From positions 17,030,170 through 17,094,169 of the forward strand of contig OZ316895.1 in assembly GCA_973895155.1 (NCBI GenBank): 64,000 bases of DNA, in the 5' to 3' direction. This stretch comes from Marsupella aquatica (lineage: Eukaryota > Plantae > Marchantiophyta). Shown in pieces: positions 1 to 10,561 of the stretch. The position numbers and the translations under genes are program-made. A model generated the notes under the pieces. It was not told the DNA's origin. It ran no database searches and worked only from the letters and a program-made list of their open reading frames with translations. Each line of letters begins with the position of its first letter. The first letter of the stretch is position 1.

Positions 1-9
1 CCTAGGTAG

Positions 10-3000
10 CTAGCTCGTGGAGGGGATGTTGTCACCTTCCACTACAACTACGTTGGGCCTCTCTTGGACTATGGACCGTGATCGAGGAATATAAGGCATG
101 ACAATGGACCATTCTGGGTCATCTGGATAGGGTAGGTAAAAGCATTGCTCAAGGTGATGTGGGAAGGCAAAGGGATCTGAGGACCTCCAATTGGAACTGA
201 TGACACTATTTGCGGAAGTCTTCAAACGAGTAAAACTGCATGGATCCTCTTCACATGTACGATTGTTGCCTACAAGATTCATCTTGAACCATTTGCACTT
301 AAATACCACCTTCTCCAAAGTAGTATGTGCATGGTACTTCACTGTTAGGATCTCATCAATCTTCCCATAATGGGCCACCGTGGAGCGGATGGGATTCATG
401 TCTGACGTGCTACTTTGGGAATCCTGGGTGAACCAACCCATCACCCCACAATCTTGAGTAGCTGCCTTCTTCTCATCCAATCGTTCCACACAAAATGTCT
501 CCCCTTTGACCACATTGCTGTCCAAGTCATGACTTTAAGTAGTAGACCATGAACCAAGGTACGAAGCTTATCTGTCACCTGCGGGTAGTGTAATATACTC
601 TCTCCTATACCCACCAAGGCATCCACTTCTAACAACTTTGACTTCATGTATGGGTGAAACTTGGGAAACAACCGTGGTCATTGACTGTTTTGTTTCTCCT
701 CCTCATAAAATGTTGTCCACTCCCCTACAACCTCTGGTGAGTTGTACAACATAAATGTTGTAAGCTGCAAACGCTTTGTCGAGCCAAGGAGGCACTCTCC
801 TGTTGCCCCAATGAGTCTATCATCCTCATAGTCCGCCTCTCGTGCCGCCTCATCTATCCATCCTCTAGGAGCCTTTGGATCTAGTGTGGCAACTATGTTT
901 GTACAATAAAACATACTCTCTGCTCCAGGATGACGCTCTGCAATGCTGCCTTCCACCCTAGCCCGATTAGAGACATATGACTTCATCACCCCCATGTAAC
1001 GCTCTACCCAATACATCCATCAACAATGTACTGGGCCTGCAATTGCAACCTCGTGCACTAAATGTACAAGGAAATGAACCTGGCCATCAAAGAATGAGGG
1101 GGGAAGTGCCTTCTCCAACTTGCAAACAACCTCTACTCCAAATAGCTCCATCGCGGCAATGTCATCCTGCGGTACCTCCTTCTGACATATCCATCTCAAA
1201 AGCTTGCCCAATGACCAAAGAGCATCACAAAGTTCCTCACTACCCAATCCAATAATCGCAACTAGAATGACATGTTCTAATAACCGATGGAAATCATGTG
1301 TTTTCAAAAAAGATGGCCATTTTGGAGAATCTTCCCCCCAAATGCCTTACGAAGATTGGCACCATAACTTGTGGGAAATCTCATTGACCCAATACGTCTG
1401 CGAAACTCAATGCACTCTGCCCTAGTCAAAACCCAAGGAGGATGGATGCTAGGGGGGTCACCAGGGGGGTCCAAAGATGGCCAAAAACCAAGAAGACCAT
1501 GCATCCCCATCTCCTCACAACTTTCTCTCCAATTGTAGTTCTTCTCCCCATATAGATGACGAATCAATGATCTTCCCACATTCCCCTCGATGTGCATGGG
1601 ATCTAACAAGTGATTAATGGGCATCTCTGACCAATATGGCAACTCTGACAATGCAGATAAACGGGTCATGCCACATCGGAGAAATTGTAATGGATCATCT
1701 GGGTCTTGAACTCTCTCCCATACCTCTCTCCAATATGCTGGATCCTTTGGCTGAGGTTGAGGACGGGTATCAGGTTGGCCCTCATCATTGTCATACAAGA
1801 AATGATCACTCCTCCAAGGATGATTTGCTGGAAGATATTTCGTATGACCAATGTAAACTATCTTATGCAAGGTAGTTGACTTGGGTCTTGCCACACCGCC
1901 CAAATCTGGTCCACACAAAGGGCAAGCTCAATAGCCTGATGTTTGCAATCCAGAGACATACCCAAAGCCTTTCCCCAATCCATGCATAGACAAACAACCA
2001 ATGAAATAAGGTTAGTAACTCATACTAAAATTAATCAGGAATAATTAAAACTAAATGCATGGTAAAATTGAATGCATGGTAAACTAATTAAATGCAAAGT
2101 TAAATTAGGGCATTGAGGAAATAACATAGGGTATACCAGGCCATATCTGGTAAATCATGCATGGTCCACATAAGGATAGCCTTGAGGGTAAATGCGCGGG
2201 CTAAACCTCCTGTATGGGGACGTCCGTCATAACAATCCACTCCTCTCCAAAGTTGCAAAAGCTCATCAATCAATGGTTGCAAGTAGATGTCAATCTTTTT
2301 TGCTTGCTTAGGACCAGGGATGATCATGGAGAGTAGTAAATGACCCTTCTTCATTGCCATCCATGGAGGGATATTGTAGTTTGTCAAAACTACTGGCCAC
2401 AATGAATATGGTTTTGCTTTACCCGCCAATGCAAAAGGGTTGATACCATTGGCTGCCAACCCAAGTCGAACATGTCGTGGGTCAGTTCTGAACTCGCCCC
2501 ATCTGCCCTCTACAAATCCATTGGTAGGAGAGTCAACCATCATCTGCATGGCAGTAGAGTCTGTACCCATATCAGAACGATTCTTTGAGTGCAATACCAT
2601 GTACTCAGCCAACTCCGCACAACGGTAATGATGTCGCAATTGAGGGATGAGAGGAAAATATCGCATAACCTTTTGAGGCACCTTCCCTGTCAACATGTCA
2701 TCACGATACCGCGGCTTCTCACACTTAGGACATGTAGTTGCATTCTCATGCTCGCCTCTAAAAAGAATGCAATCATTGACACAGGCATGTATCACTTCAT
2801 ATTTGAGGCCAATAGACTTCAAAACTCTCTTAGCCTCCTTCCAAGAGCTTGGCATGGTGTTGCCTAGTGGCAAAATACGATCATGCAGGGTACGAAAAAC
2901 ATCATCCAAAAGAAGGTTGCTTGCCCCATGTCTTTGCTGCACATTCAGCAACAACATTATTGTTCAGAGCCTTGATAAGGGGCTCCCCTCAAATATGCGA

Positions 3001-3313
3001 GTACGAGCATGACGTTGAGACTCCTCCCAATCCTTATTCTGGGACCCCTTAGAAGGATGTGGATGCGTCCTATTTTCATCGGTGAAACCCATGTCCTCCA
3101 TACCAATGCCACCATCATCTCATAAAATTGGTCCATGAGCTCATCCATGGCCCTCTCCTCATCAAGATGGACTTGAGTAGGATTATCACCCTCAGGTTGT
3201 ACCTCGTCCTCCTCCATCCCTCCATCATGCCCATGGTTGGCCACCATGGCCTCCACAATGTTTTGTCGCATTGCTCGTGATATGACACCAATATCAGGTT
3301 GTACATATTGGTT
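10..3313 (-). pseudogene. CACTA transposase (TnpD) catalytic exons: Transposase_21/Tnp2, DUF4218-like and DUF4216-like regions, with frameshifts and stops
   Basis: Tnp2 motifs IHACVNDCILF..CPKC..PRY, DPRHVRLGL..NGINPF, YSLWPVVLTNYNIPPW, IIPGPKQ..IDIYLQPLIDEL and WTMHDLP in 2100-2957. An intron at 1969-2146 (donor reads AT instead of GT) is followed by GFGYVSGLQTSGY*ACPLC. Then HLLDPMHIEGNV, MKTHDFH..PPSFFD..H..VHL..GPVH, MYWVERYM..K.YV.NRARVEGSIAE, and VFKCKWF..DPFAFP...QCFY..W. The phase-0 acceptor AG at 3315-3314 is in frame with ORF 2957-3271. Confidence 0.92.
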
Positions 3314-3451
3314 CTATCATACAACATGAATGCAATCTCATTAGCATATAAATCTCATTAACATCAATGTTAATCATGATGAATCTCATTAATCCAATGT
3401 AAGAAAGGAAAAATCATCCAATGTATTTATATACATAAGTCCAAGATACTA

Positions 3452-4187
3452 TCATGGACGGCAACGTAGGGACATTTTTGGTGCATCCCACTCATACTCA
3501 CACAATATCTCCTCACCGGCTCTAATCGTCCTAATGGCTACAGTCATGATATGGTCATCCATGTGTTTCACAAAATATGGATCTCTAGGAGGGCCAAAAA
3601 TTTGGATCCACTCTACATTAGCCTCAAAATCTCTACCCCTACCTGTGGTACTATTGATGTACCCTGCTAAATTACCATTCTGAATAGGGTCACCATCAAT
3701 CATCCTACAATGCCAGGGCCTAGTCAAAACTTCATCTAGGTCTGAATCCATCCTCAATGCATAAACCCCCCAACTTGGGTGCTGACGCAACAAAGTCTTC
3801 CAACTCTTTCCGTTATATACAGCCCCAATGTAAGGGAAAAGGTGCTCTCCATCATAGCCACGTCTCCATGGCTTTGGAGGGACCACAATGTCCTCCAAAG
3901 CATATAGACCATATCCTATATCAACATCAATAGAGGATGCCTTCACTATCCAAGGCCGACCCCATATCTGAACTGGTTCATCAACAGGAATGTAATCTGG
4001 AAATTTGAAGAGACTAGGAAAAAAGTCCTTCCAAACATTGGCAGCCCTACCAGTGAGATAAGATAGTCCAAATCTGCCCTCAACGCAAATATAGTCTCCG
4101 TTTGCAGGTGGTCAATCACTACCTAACACCTCCTCCCGATTGTCTACCTAGTTCACCGGTTCATATTGCCATCTACGTCTACGAGAC
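3452..4187 (-). pseudogene. SET-domain protein exon, 3' part, inside the CACTA element
   Basis: SET motifs in canonical order: GYGLYA (GxG), PYIGAV (YxG), DGDPIQNGNLAGYINS..AN, and VAIRTIRAGEEILCEY (catalytic Tyr). The frame is open from 4111 to 3452, i.e. 55 codons upstream of the ORF-track GTG. Two in-frame stops lie further up at 4112-4114 and 4148-4150. Confidence 0.8.
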
Positions 4188-4297
4188 TGTGATGCCTAGC
4201 CAGGAATCACTAGGCCAGTTAGGTGGGGAAAATGGAGGTGTACCCTATAAACAAATTAGTATAGTAACAAAAACAAGGAAAATATAAACAATTAAGG

Positions 4298-4849
4298 GTG
4301 ACTATGGAACCCGGGCCGAGGCCGGAGGTAAGGACGCCGGGGGAGAGAACACGATTAGGGTTAGGCCGCGCTAAGCATCGGTGGCTAGGGGTAACCAACG
4401 GGAGGAAGGACCAGAGGAGGAGAGGGGTAAGGACCGCTCGCGAGGAATGGTGGCTCATTTGCAAGCACGAACTAGGCAGACGACTACGGAAGGCCAACTA
4501 TTGTCAGTTGCTTAGGCAAGCACTCTGGGCGGGAGCAGATACCAACGATCGAACCAAGGAGGGTACGAGCAACGTCAATCAAGCGACACATTTTTGGGGA
4601 TGCCTGTTCGAACGGGCAACTGAGTACATTAGGACTTACGAGAACGAAGAATCAGAGAGAGCAGCTCGAGAATGGCAAGAGCTCGCTCGACTGTGGGAGC
4701 TGCAGAAGTCTGCCTCCTTAGGAGGAGAACTCATCAAGGCCGAGTTCTTGTGGACTCCTACTGCCAATCAGCTCGATGACCTTCTGTTTTGCGAAGACAG
4801 AATCGTCAGCATTCAGGAAGCCATCAACCGCTGCAACAACGCGCACTAG
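4298..4849 (+). CDS. Insertion ORF-a, unknown function, in frame with the downstream 1049-aa ORF
   Basis: 183-aa ORF separated from ORF 4853-8002 only by the TAG at 4847-4849 plus one codon, in the same frame. Confidence 0.4.
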   Translation: MTMEPGPRPEVRTPGERTRLGLGRAKHRWLGVTNGRKDQRRRGVRTAREEWWLICKHELGRRLRKANYCQLLRQALWAGADTNDRTKEGTSNVNQATHFWGCLFERATEYIRTYENEESERAAREWQELARLWELQKSASLGGELIKAEFLWTPTANQLDDLLFCEDRIVSIQEAINRCNNAH

Positions 4850-4852
4850 GAG

Positions 4853-7800
4853 TTGAAGGGTAGCACGGAGGGGTGGACGAAGGCAACTGTGCTAGGAGAA
4901 ACATCCACGGCAGCCGAGATGAAGAGGAAAGAAAACAACAACGAAGAGGCCACCCCGGCAAAAAGAACAAGGTCGGCGACACCAAGGAAGCCAGCAGAGC
5001 AGCAGAACAGGAGGCAGGGAGAAGCCAAAGAGGAGGAGGTCGATCCCATCAATGCCATTCCAACAAAGGATGACACCTGGAAAGGCTGGGCGGCGACCCT
5101 ACCAGAGGAAGTGCAATTACATTTTGCACGGGAGGAGGATGCATGCTTTACGGCCATGCAGACCAAGAAGTACCAGGGTTTCATGGCCGGATCCGGCTTG
5201 GAAGCCTTCGTAAGATTACCATGGCTGAAGCCGGAGGTGCCGGACTCAGACTTATTGGAATTTGTAGGATCATGGGAACCCGAGACCAATTCCACGAGGG
5301 TGTATGGGAAGGATTTCTATCTCACTCCCCGGGTGATTGCCGAGGTGTTTGGCTTGCCGATGGGTAATAAGACCAAGGTTGATACCAGGAAGACCTTACC
5401 TGACAAGGAGTTCCGGTCGTTCCCAGGACCATCAACGAAGAATGGCTTCTTCCGGAACACTTGCACCAACCCACACATCGGAGAGATGATCGATTTCTTG
5501 CGGGTGACCATGCATTGTAACTTGCCGAGGGTAGAGATTGGCAAGGCTCAGGTCTACCTGGCAGAAAGGCCAAACCCAAGCCAGGATTACAACGGGTACC
5601 TCCTCAACCAACTGAAGAAGATCTTGAAGGAGGAACAGCAGGTGATCGGCGTGGGAAGCGTGTCCCGACTTGGCTATCACATGCCGTTGTTGTGCCGATA
5701 TGCCAGAAGTCAAATCTTTGCCCCAGTACTTTCCCTATCGGCAAGGGCACCGGAGGAGGTTCCGGAGCAGAGGCCGGCAACAGAAGAGCCCAACCAGCCT
5801 GCCAGTCCTACGATCGAGCAGGTGTTTCGGCCAAGGAAAGAAGACTTGCCGATGCAGCAATCAGGCATGCAAAATCTGCTGAAATTGCTGGAGAAGGAGA
5901 GAACGACACCAGCAACGGCAATGGCACAGGACACTGCCCCAGAGGCCGGCCTAAGCCGACTCAGGAGGGAAAACCCCTTTACCGGAGCCAAGGAGAGAAG
6001 AAGGCCGGAACACAAGCCGGGAGTTCAAATGTATGTGGGAGCCTCAAGCCCCAAATCGGAGGCAGAGCAGCCTAAGGCTCCTTCCCGCGGAAAGCAGAGG
6101 GAGAGGACAGCCTGGAAACCACAGGAGGAACCAAAGCCCGTGATCTGTGAGGCCGTTTTCATGGCAGGACCAGGGGAACAGAGGGGGAAGTCGGGAGTCC
6201 AAGTAGTGGAGGAGGCGGTGGAGGACTACAGCAATGATACCTCCGGCTATGGGTCGGATCATCATGTTCTAGGAGTAAGGACCTGTGGCCGGTTTATCCC
6301 CACGCTTCCAAGAGTAGTTCGAGGGGACCCCACCCAACTGAGTAGCCCCGAGTCTCCCCCACCAGAGGTTGCTCCCCCGAGCTTTGACGACATAAAGCAG
6401 ACGGCACAAGATTTTCAGGAGCGACTTAGGGAGGAAGAGAAAGCAGCCCTGGCTAGGGAGAAAGATTTACCAGGAGGAGATTGGCCGGAGAATATCAGGC
6501 GGCTTGCCAAAAAAAGAAGCAACCCTCTTGCCACCGTAGAAGAAATTCGCAAGGCGGCTTGGGAACAGAGGCCGAGGTGGTTGATGCTGACAACTTCTAC
6601 TTACTCCACCTATGCTAAAGATAGAGCCATGGAGTACGGGAAGATGTGTGGGGAACTTGCGCTCAACATCTTTGGGGAGGAGTTGGAGCAGGGACCCTTT
6701 TTTCAGAGGGAGATGTTGGAGAAGCACCGATTAGAAGAAGCGGTGGCTTTGGAGAGAAGCAAGAAGGACGAGGTCATCCGACGGCTTAGGGAGATGGAAG
6801 CCAAGGTGGAAGACCTGCAGGCAGCCAAGAAAGCCCAAGATGAGCTGCGGATTAAGCGACATGAGCTAAACATCATGCAAGGACAATTGGATGTCGCTCA
6901 GTCTGGCAATCAGATTATCAAAGATAAACTAACTCGGACCCAAGGAGAGTTGGCCGGCACGGTCAAGGACAGGGAAAAGTGGAAGCAGGAGCTGAGGGAC
7001 GCAAAGGAGGCCACCATAACCGCCAACAATCGGGCCATGGCGGAGACTCAGAGAAAGGAGAGGGCGTTGAAAGGAGAGCTCGAGGATATCCACGGAGCCC
7101 TTGAGCAGAAGGAGGCCGAGTTAGGGAAATCCTATCAAGGGATTATTGCGCTGCAGCAGGAGCTTGCGTCCCTGACGGCCAGCTTCAAGGCCGACCTGCG
7201 TGAGAAGGACGACCAGCTCGACCAGACTTATGCCAAGATGAATAAGATGGAGTCTGAGGTCATAACGGAGCTCGACAAGGAGCTAAGAGCAACCCAGGAG
7301 GAGAGGGCTACCTTAAAATTGGAATTGGAGGAAGCCAGAAGGGAGCTGCAAGAGGGACAGAAGGACCTGGAGGAAGCCCAAGAGGAGTTGGAGGAAACGA
7401 CCAGGAAGATGGAGAACTTACAACGGCGGGCCGACAACCAAACGGAGCGGCTGAAGAAACAGGCCGCAGTATTTAAGTGCTTAGCTTCATCTGGTCCAAT
7501 TCCAATTGTGGGAACTCCGTTACCAGAAGGGGTACTGGCCGAAGGACAAGCCGAGACACACGCCCCGGTGCCGGATATAGGTAGCAAGGGGAAGGGACCA
7601 GCTACCGAAATAGGGAAGAAGAAGAAGCGGAAACCTTCTGGGTCTGGGAGTTATACGGCTTACCAAGCCATTGTGACCCAGGAGGTCAACCCGGCACCAA
7701 CCTCCGGCATGGTCACGACAGTAGATCCACCTGTAGAACATGATGGGGATGGCAAGGCCGAGGCCGGGATAGCTATTGATGAAGCCGAGGTACCGGATCC

Positions 7801-8002
7801 TCCACTAGAACACGATGGGGAGGCCAAAGCCGTATCGAAGGCCGTGACCAATGCTGAGGCCGAAGCCGAGGGTGGACCTAGTCAAGCCGATGAAGAGTTG
7901 ACTCGGTCCGGGGCAGGTAATCTGTCAGAGGATGGACCGACGGCAGTGGCTGCGGGGGAAGCGTTGGGGGCGTCCATTGAGGATCCGCCACCGGTGTCGT
8001 GA
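4853..8002 (+). CDS. TE accessory protein: plant-transposon/Athila-ORF-like N-terminal segment plus long coiled coil
   Basis: Uninterrupted 1049-aa ORF. LLEFVGSW...TRVYGKDFYLTPRVIAEVFGLP resembles the EF...V.G....I...LGLP signature of Ty3/Gypsy accessory ORFs. About 250 aa of E/K/L-rich heptads and a KKKKRK NLS-like run follow. No protease, RT or integrase motifs. Confidence 0.65.
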   Translation: MKGSTEGWTKATVLGETSTAAEMKRKENNNEEATPAKRTRSATPRKPAEQQNRRQGEAKEEEVDPINAIPTKDDTWKGWAATLPEEVQLHFAREEDACFTAMQTKKYQGFMAGSGLEAFVRLPWLKPEVPDSDLLEFVGSWEPETNSTRVYGKDFYLTPRVIAEVFGLPMGNKTKVDTRKTLPDKEFRSFPGPSTKNGFFRNTCTNPHIGEMIDFLRVTMHCNLPRVEIGKAQVYLAERPNPSQDYNGYLLNQLKKILKEEQQVIGVGSVSRLGYHMPLLCRYARSQIFAPVLSLSARAPEEVPEQRPATEEPNQPASPTIEQVFRPRKEDLPMQQSGMQNLLKLLEKERTTPATAMAQDTAPEAGLSRLRRENPFTGAKERRRPEHKPGVQMYVGASSPKSEAEQPKAPSRGKQRERTAWKPQEEPKPVICEAVFMAGPGEQRGKSGVQVVEEAVEDYSNDTSGYGSDHHVLGVRTCGRFIPTLPRVVRGDPTQLSSPESPPPEVAPPSFDDIKQTAQDFQERLREEEKAALAREKDLPGGDWPENIRRLAKKRSNPLATVEEIRKAAWEQRPRWLMLTTSTYSTYAKDRAMEYGKMCGELALNIFGEELEQGPFFQREMLEKHRLEEAVALERSKKDEVIRRLREMEAKVEDLQAAKKAQDELRIKRHELNIMQGQLDVAQSGNQIIKDKLTRTQGELAGTVKDREKWKQELRDAKEATITANNRAMAETQRKERALKGELEDIHGALEQKEAELGKSYQGIIALQQELASLTASFKADLREKDDQLDQTYAKMNKMESEVITELDKELRATQEERATLKLELEEARRELQEGQKDLEEAQEELEETTRKMENLQRRADNQTERLKKQAAVFKCLASSGPIPIVGTPLPEGVLAEGQAETHAPVPDIGSKGKGPATEIGKKKKRKPSGSGSYTAYQAIVTQEVNPAPTSGMVTTVDPPVEHDGDGKAEAGIAIDEAEVPDPPLEHDGEAKAVSKAVTNAEAEAEGGPSQADEELTRSGAGNLSEDGPTAVAAGEALGASIEDPPPVS

Positions 8003-8715
8003 CGGTGCAAGGGCGCCGTTCCTTTTAGGAAGGGCGGACGTGGAGGTAGGAGGCGTGAGTGGGCAGGGCGGGCTCAGATCTCCAAGTTTAGGATTAGGAT
8101 CAAGACCAGGAGACGGCCCTGACACTTAGATTAGTGGGATGGCGGATCCACTGGTAGGAGCAACACTTGTGCTCCTGCCTCGCTGTACAGTTAGGTAGAT
8201 TACAGGTAGGATAGATTAAGCTTACGCAACGAAGTTCTGGACAGATCCGCTGCCAGGATAAATACCTGGGTAGCGGAGAGTCCAGGGCCTCTTCTTTAGC
8301 AAGTTTTTAGTTGCACCAGCAGGGCTGGGATCAAGTAGTAAGAGAAGCTCTCGGTTAGTTATACAGTGACCCTTGTGTATATTCATGTTTCCTCATGCCT
8401 AAGAACTGAATAGAGTTGGCCTCACGGCTTAGTTTGCAGAGCTTGTGTATGAGATGTACTGTTTGTATGGCAAGTGCATGATATAACTCAGTCAGAAGGA
8501 ATCATTTTGCTATTTGTGTGTCGCATTAACTTGTGTGAAGAGTGCCCACATCAGTGAAGGGAAGTAGCAAGGGAGTGAGAGTTGGATGTGTCGAGCTGAG
8601 AGAGGTCTTAGCGGCTTAACCAAGCCAATTCCGGTGGCGGAATCCAAACATACCTAATGGAAGACCAGGCGAGGAATACAAGGGAAGGCCTAGAATAGGC
8701 CGGCTAAGTATCTCA

Positions 8716-9108
8716 TGACCCGATGAAGGATCTGTCCAGTATATGTGTGTAAAATGTTAATAGTAGTAGAAAGAGAGTTAGCAACGTCCCATGCCGCTAA
8801 GCCACGGAAACGGCTTCGCCGAGGACGAAACCTGTGGGAATCGGCTTGAGCAAGGGGGTTTTCTTGGGTTTGGGGAGCCATGGGACGCACCACAGAGACC
8901 GCGGACGTGTACGTAGGACCCTAGTATCCATTTCCTCGGGCCGAGAGACCGGTTCTCCCTCGTCTACATGCGCATGTACGGGGATGGGAGCATGGGGGCT
9001 AAGAGGTGGATGGGCAAGGGGGGATGCAAGCAACTCTTTGGCCCTTGCTAGGAACCCTTCCAACCACATAGCATCATCAACCAGATGACGTGGGGGTCTA
9101 CGAGGCAC
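8716..9108 (-). pseudogene. SET-protein exon, 5' part (continues at 4187 once the insertion is removed)
   Basis: AG acceptor at 9110-9109, then phase-0 VPRRPPRHLVDDAMWLEGFL.... One in-frame TAG at 8797-8799. The frame runs ...ILDRSFIGS and joins RRRRWQYEPVN at 4183. An additional short intron near 8730-8790 cannot be excluded. Confidence 0.55.
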
Positions 9109-9243
9109 CTATTTAAACACACTATGAATTTACACAAATCAATACATGAAGTAGTGGTGTTTAAATGCAATCTAATTAATTGAACTAATGAAAGGCTGAT
9201 ATTTATTAAAAGCAAGATAATGATAGGGGGATGTGTTTATTAC

Positions 9244-9477
9244 CCGGTGTGGCAAATACCCTGTTGCATCACCCTCGTGGCGGCCATAGTTCTCAATGTG
9301 CTCACAAGTCTCCCAGGCTTGTCGGACCACAAGTCCCTTACATCTCACACACCAACAAGGTATGGGCCCTAGTGGTCAAGCACGAGAATTGTCTGGAGGA
9401 GGGGGTGGAGGAACCTCCTCCTCAGACGAGCTTGTGTTTGAGTCTGAATCCGACGTGGAACTGTCGGAAGTAGACAT
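9244..9477 (-). pseudogene. First coding exon of the CACTA transposase gene (transposase-associated Cys/His domain)
   Basis: ATG at 9477 directly after a CAG. Translation MSTSDSS...PPPPPPDNSRA*PLGPIPCWCVRCKGLVVRQAWETCEHIENYGRHEGDATGYLPHR resembles the CxCxxC...H...G transposase-associated domain. Phase-0 GTAATA donor at 9243. Absent from the ORF track because of the TGA at 9376-9378. Confidence 0.65.
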
Positions 9478-10561
9478 CTGCATGTATCATCACCCATGAC
9501 ATTAAGTTGGATCAAAGGAAAAGCAATAGCACAAGTATTTATGTCTCAAAAAATAATTGAATGAAAGACATACAAGTCTTGCTATACCTCAATGATACCT
9601 GCGCTTTGCTGTGCCTACTAGGCTATATTCTCTACACACAAAGTGTGGGGGTATCCAAAATATCTGCAGGGTGGCATTTTCATGATGAGCATGATCAGAA
9701 TTATGCAAAACAAGTTCATGAAGCACATATGATGAAACTTGCATGCTAAACATAATATAGGGTAAAGGATCAAGGAGAATTAATGGACAGGGACATCATG
9801 CCTCCTGGATGCGCGGTCTCACACTATGCATAGTGCATTGACCCAAAAACCCTACCTAAGCCCGTTCAAAAAAAATAACCACCCCTCCAAAAGCAAGGCA
9901 CTGCACATCAAATTAACCCAAATGAGCCACATTCACAATTCAAATTCAACATGATTAACCAAAGTATATCCTTGGGAATTGAAGTACAAACCCCAAAATT
10001 ATATCTGCACAGAAGAACTTGCAAGATGGTTGATCACATCAATCCACGACACAATCAGCAGCTCGCTCGGGTATGTCCGTGTCTACATGTACATACGTAC
10101 GGCCCTACAAAAACCAGTTTCAAACATATATGCCCATAAAATGTTAATACAACCGGCCCTTCCCGAATCCAAGCCAATTCATATCCCAAACCCAAAATTA
10201 GTTAACCCTGACCCCTATTTAATTAAGTAAGATACCCTAAATAACCTTTCCCACTCTTTCCGATGTGATCTACGAGGGGTCCGATGTCCATAGCAACGCA
10301 CTATGCTTCGGGCCTTGCCAAGGAGGGGTCCGATGCAACCCGCATCGGAAGGTCCGATACTCAATTTGATGTCATCACCATCGAAACGTCCGGAGCGAGA
10401 TCCATCAGACTTTGCTGAAGATTTTGAAAACCCTAAGCCCGATGCGGGTGCAAAGACCCATGCGTCGGGCCTTGCTTCGCACACAATTGTTTTGTTTTTT
10501 TGGTTACGACCGAGAGGGGAGGAGCTTGGGTAGGAGGGGAGGAGCTCGGGGAGGAGGAGAG

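Larger units (their letters stand above)
4188..8715. mobile_element. 4.5-kb TG...CA-bounded insertion (solo-LTR-like or non-autonomous retro-derived element)
   Basis: Starts TGTGATGCCTAGCC and ends GGCTAAGTATCTCA, an imperfect inverted repeat matching 19 of 29 nt. Flanks are AGAC and TGAC (4-bp TSD with 1 mismatch). Removing it rejoins the interrupted SET reading frame. Confidence 0.7.
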
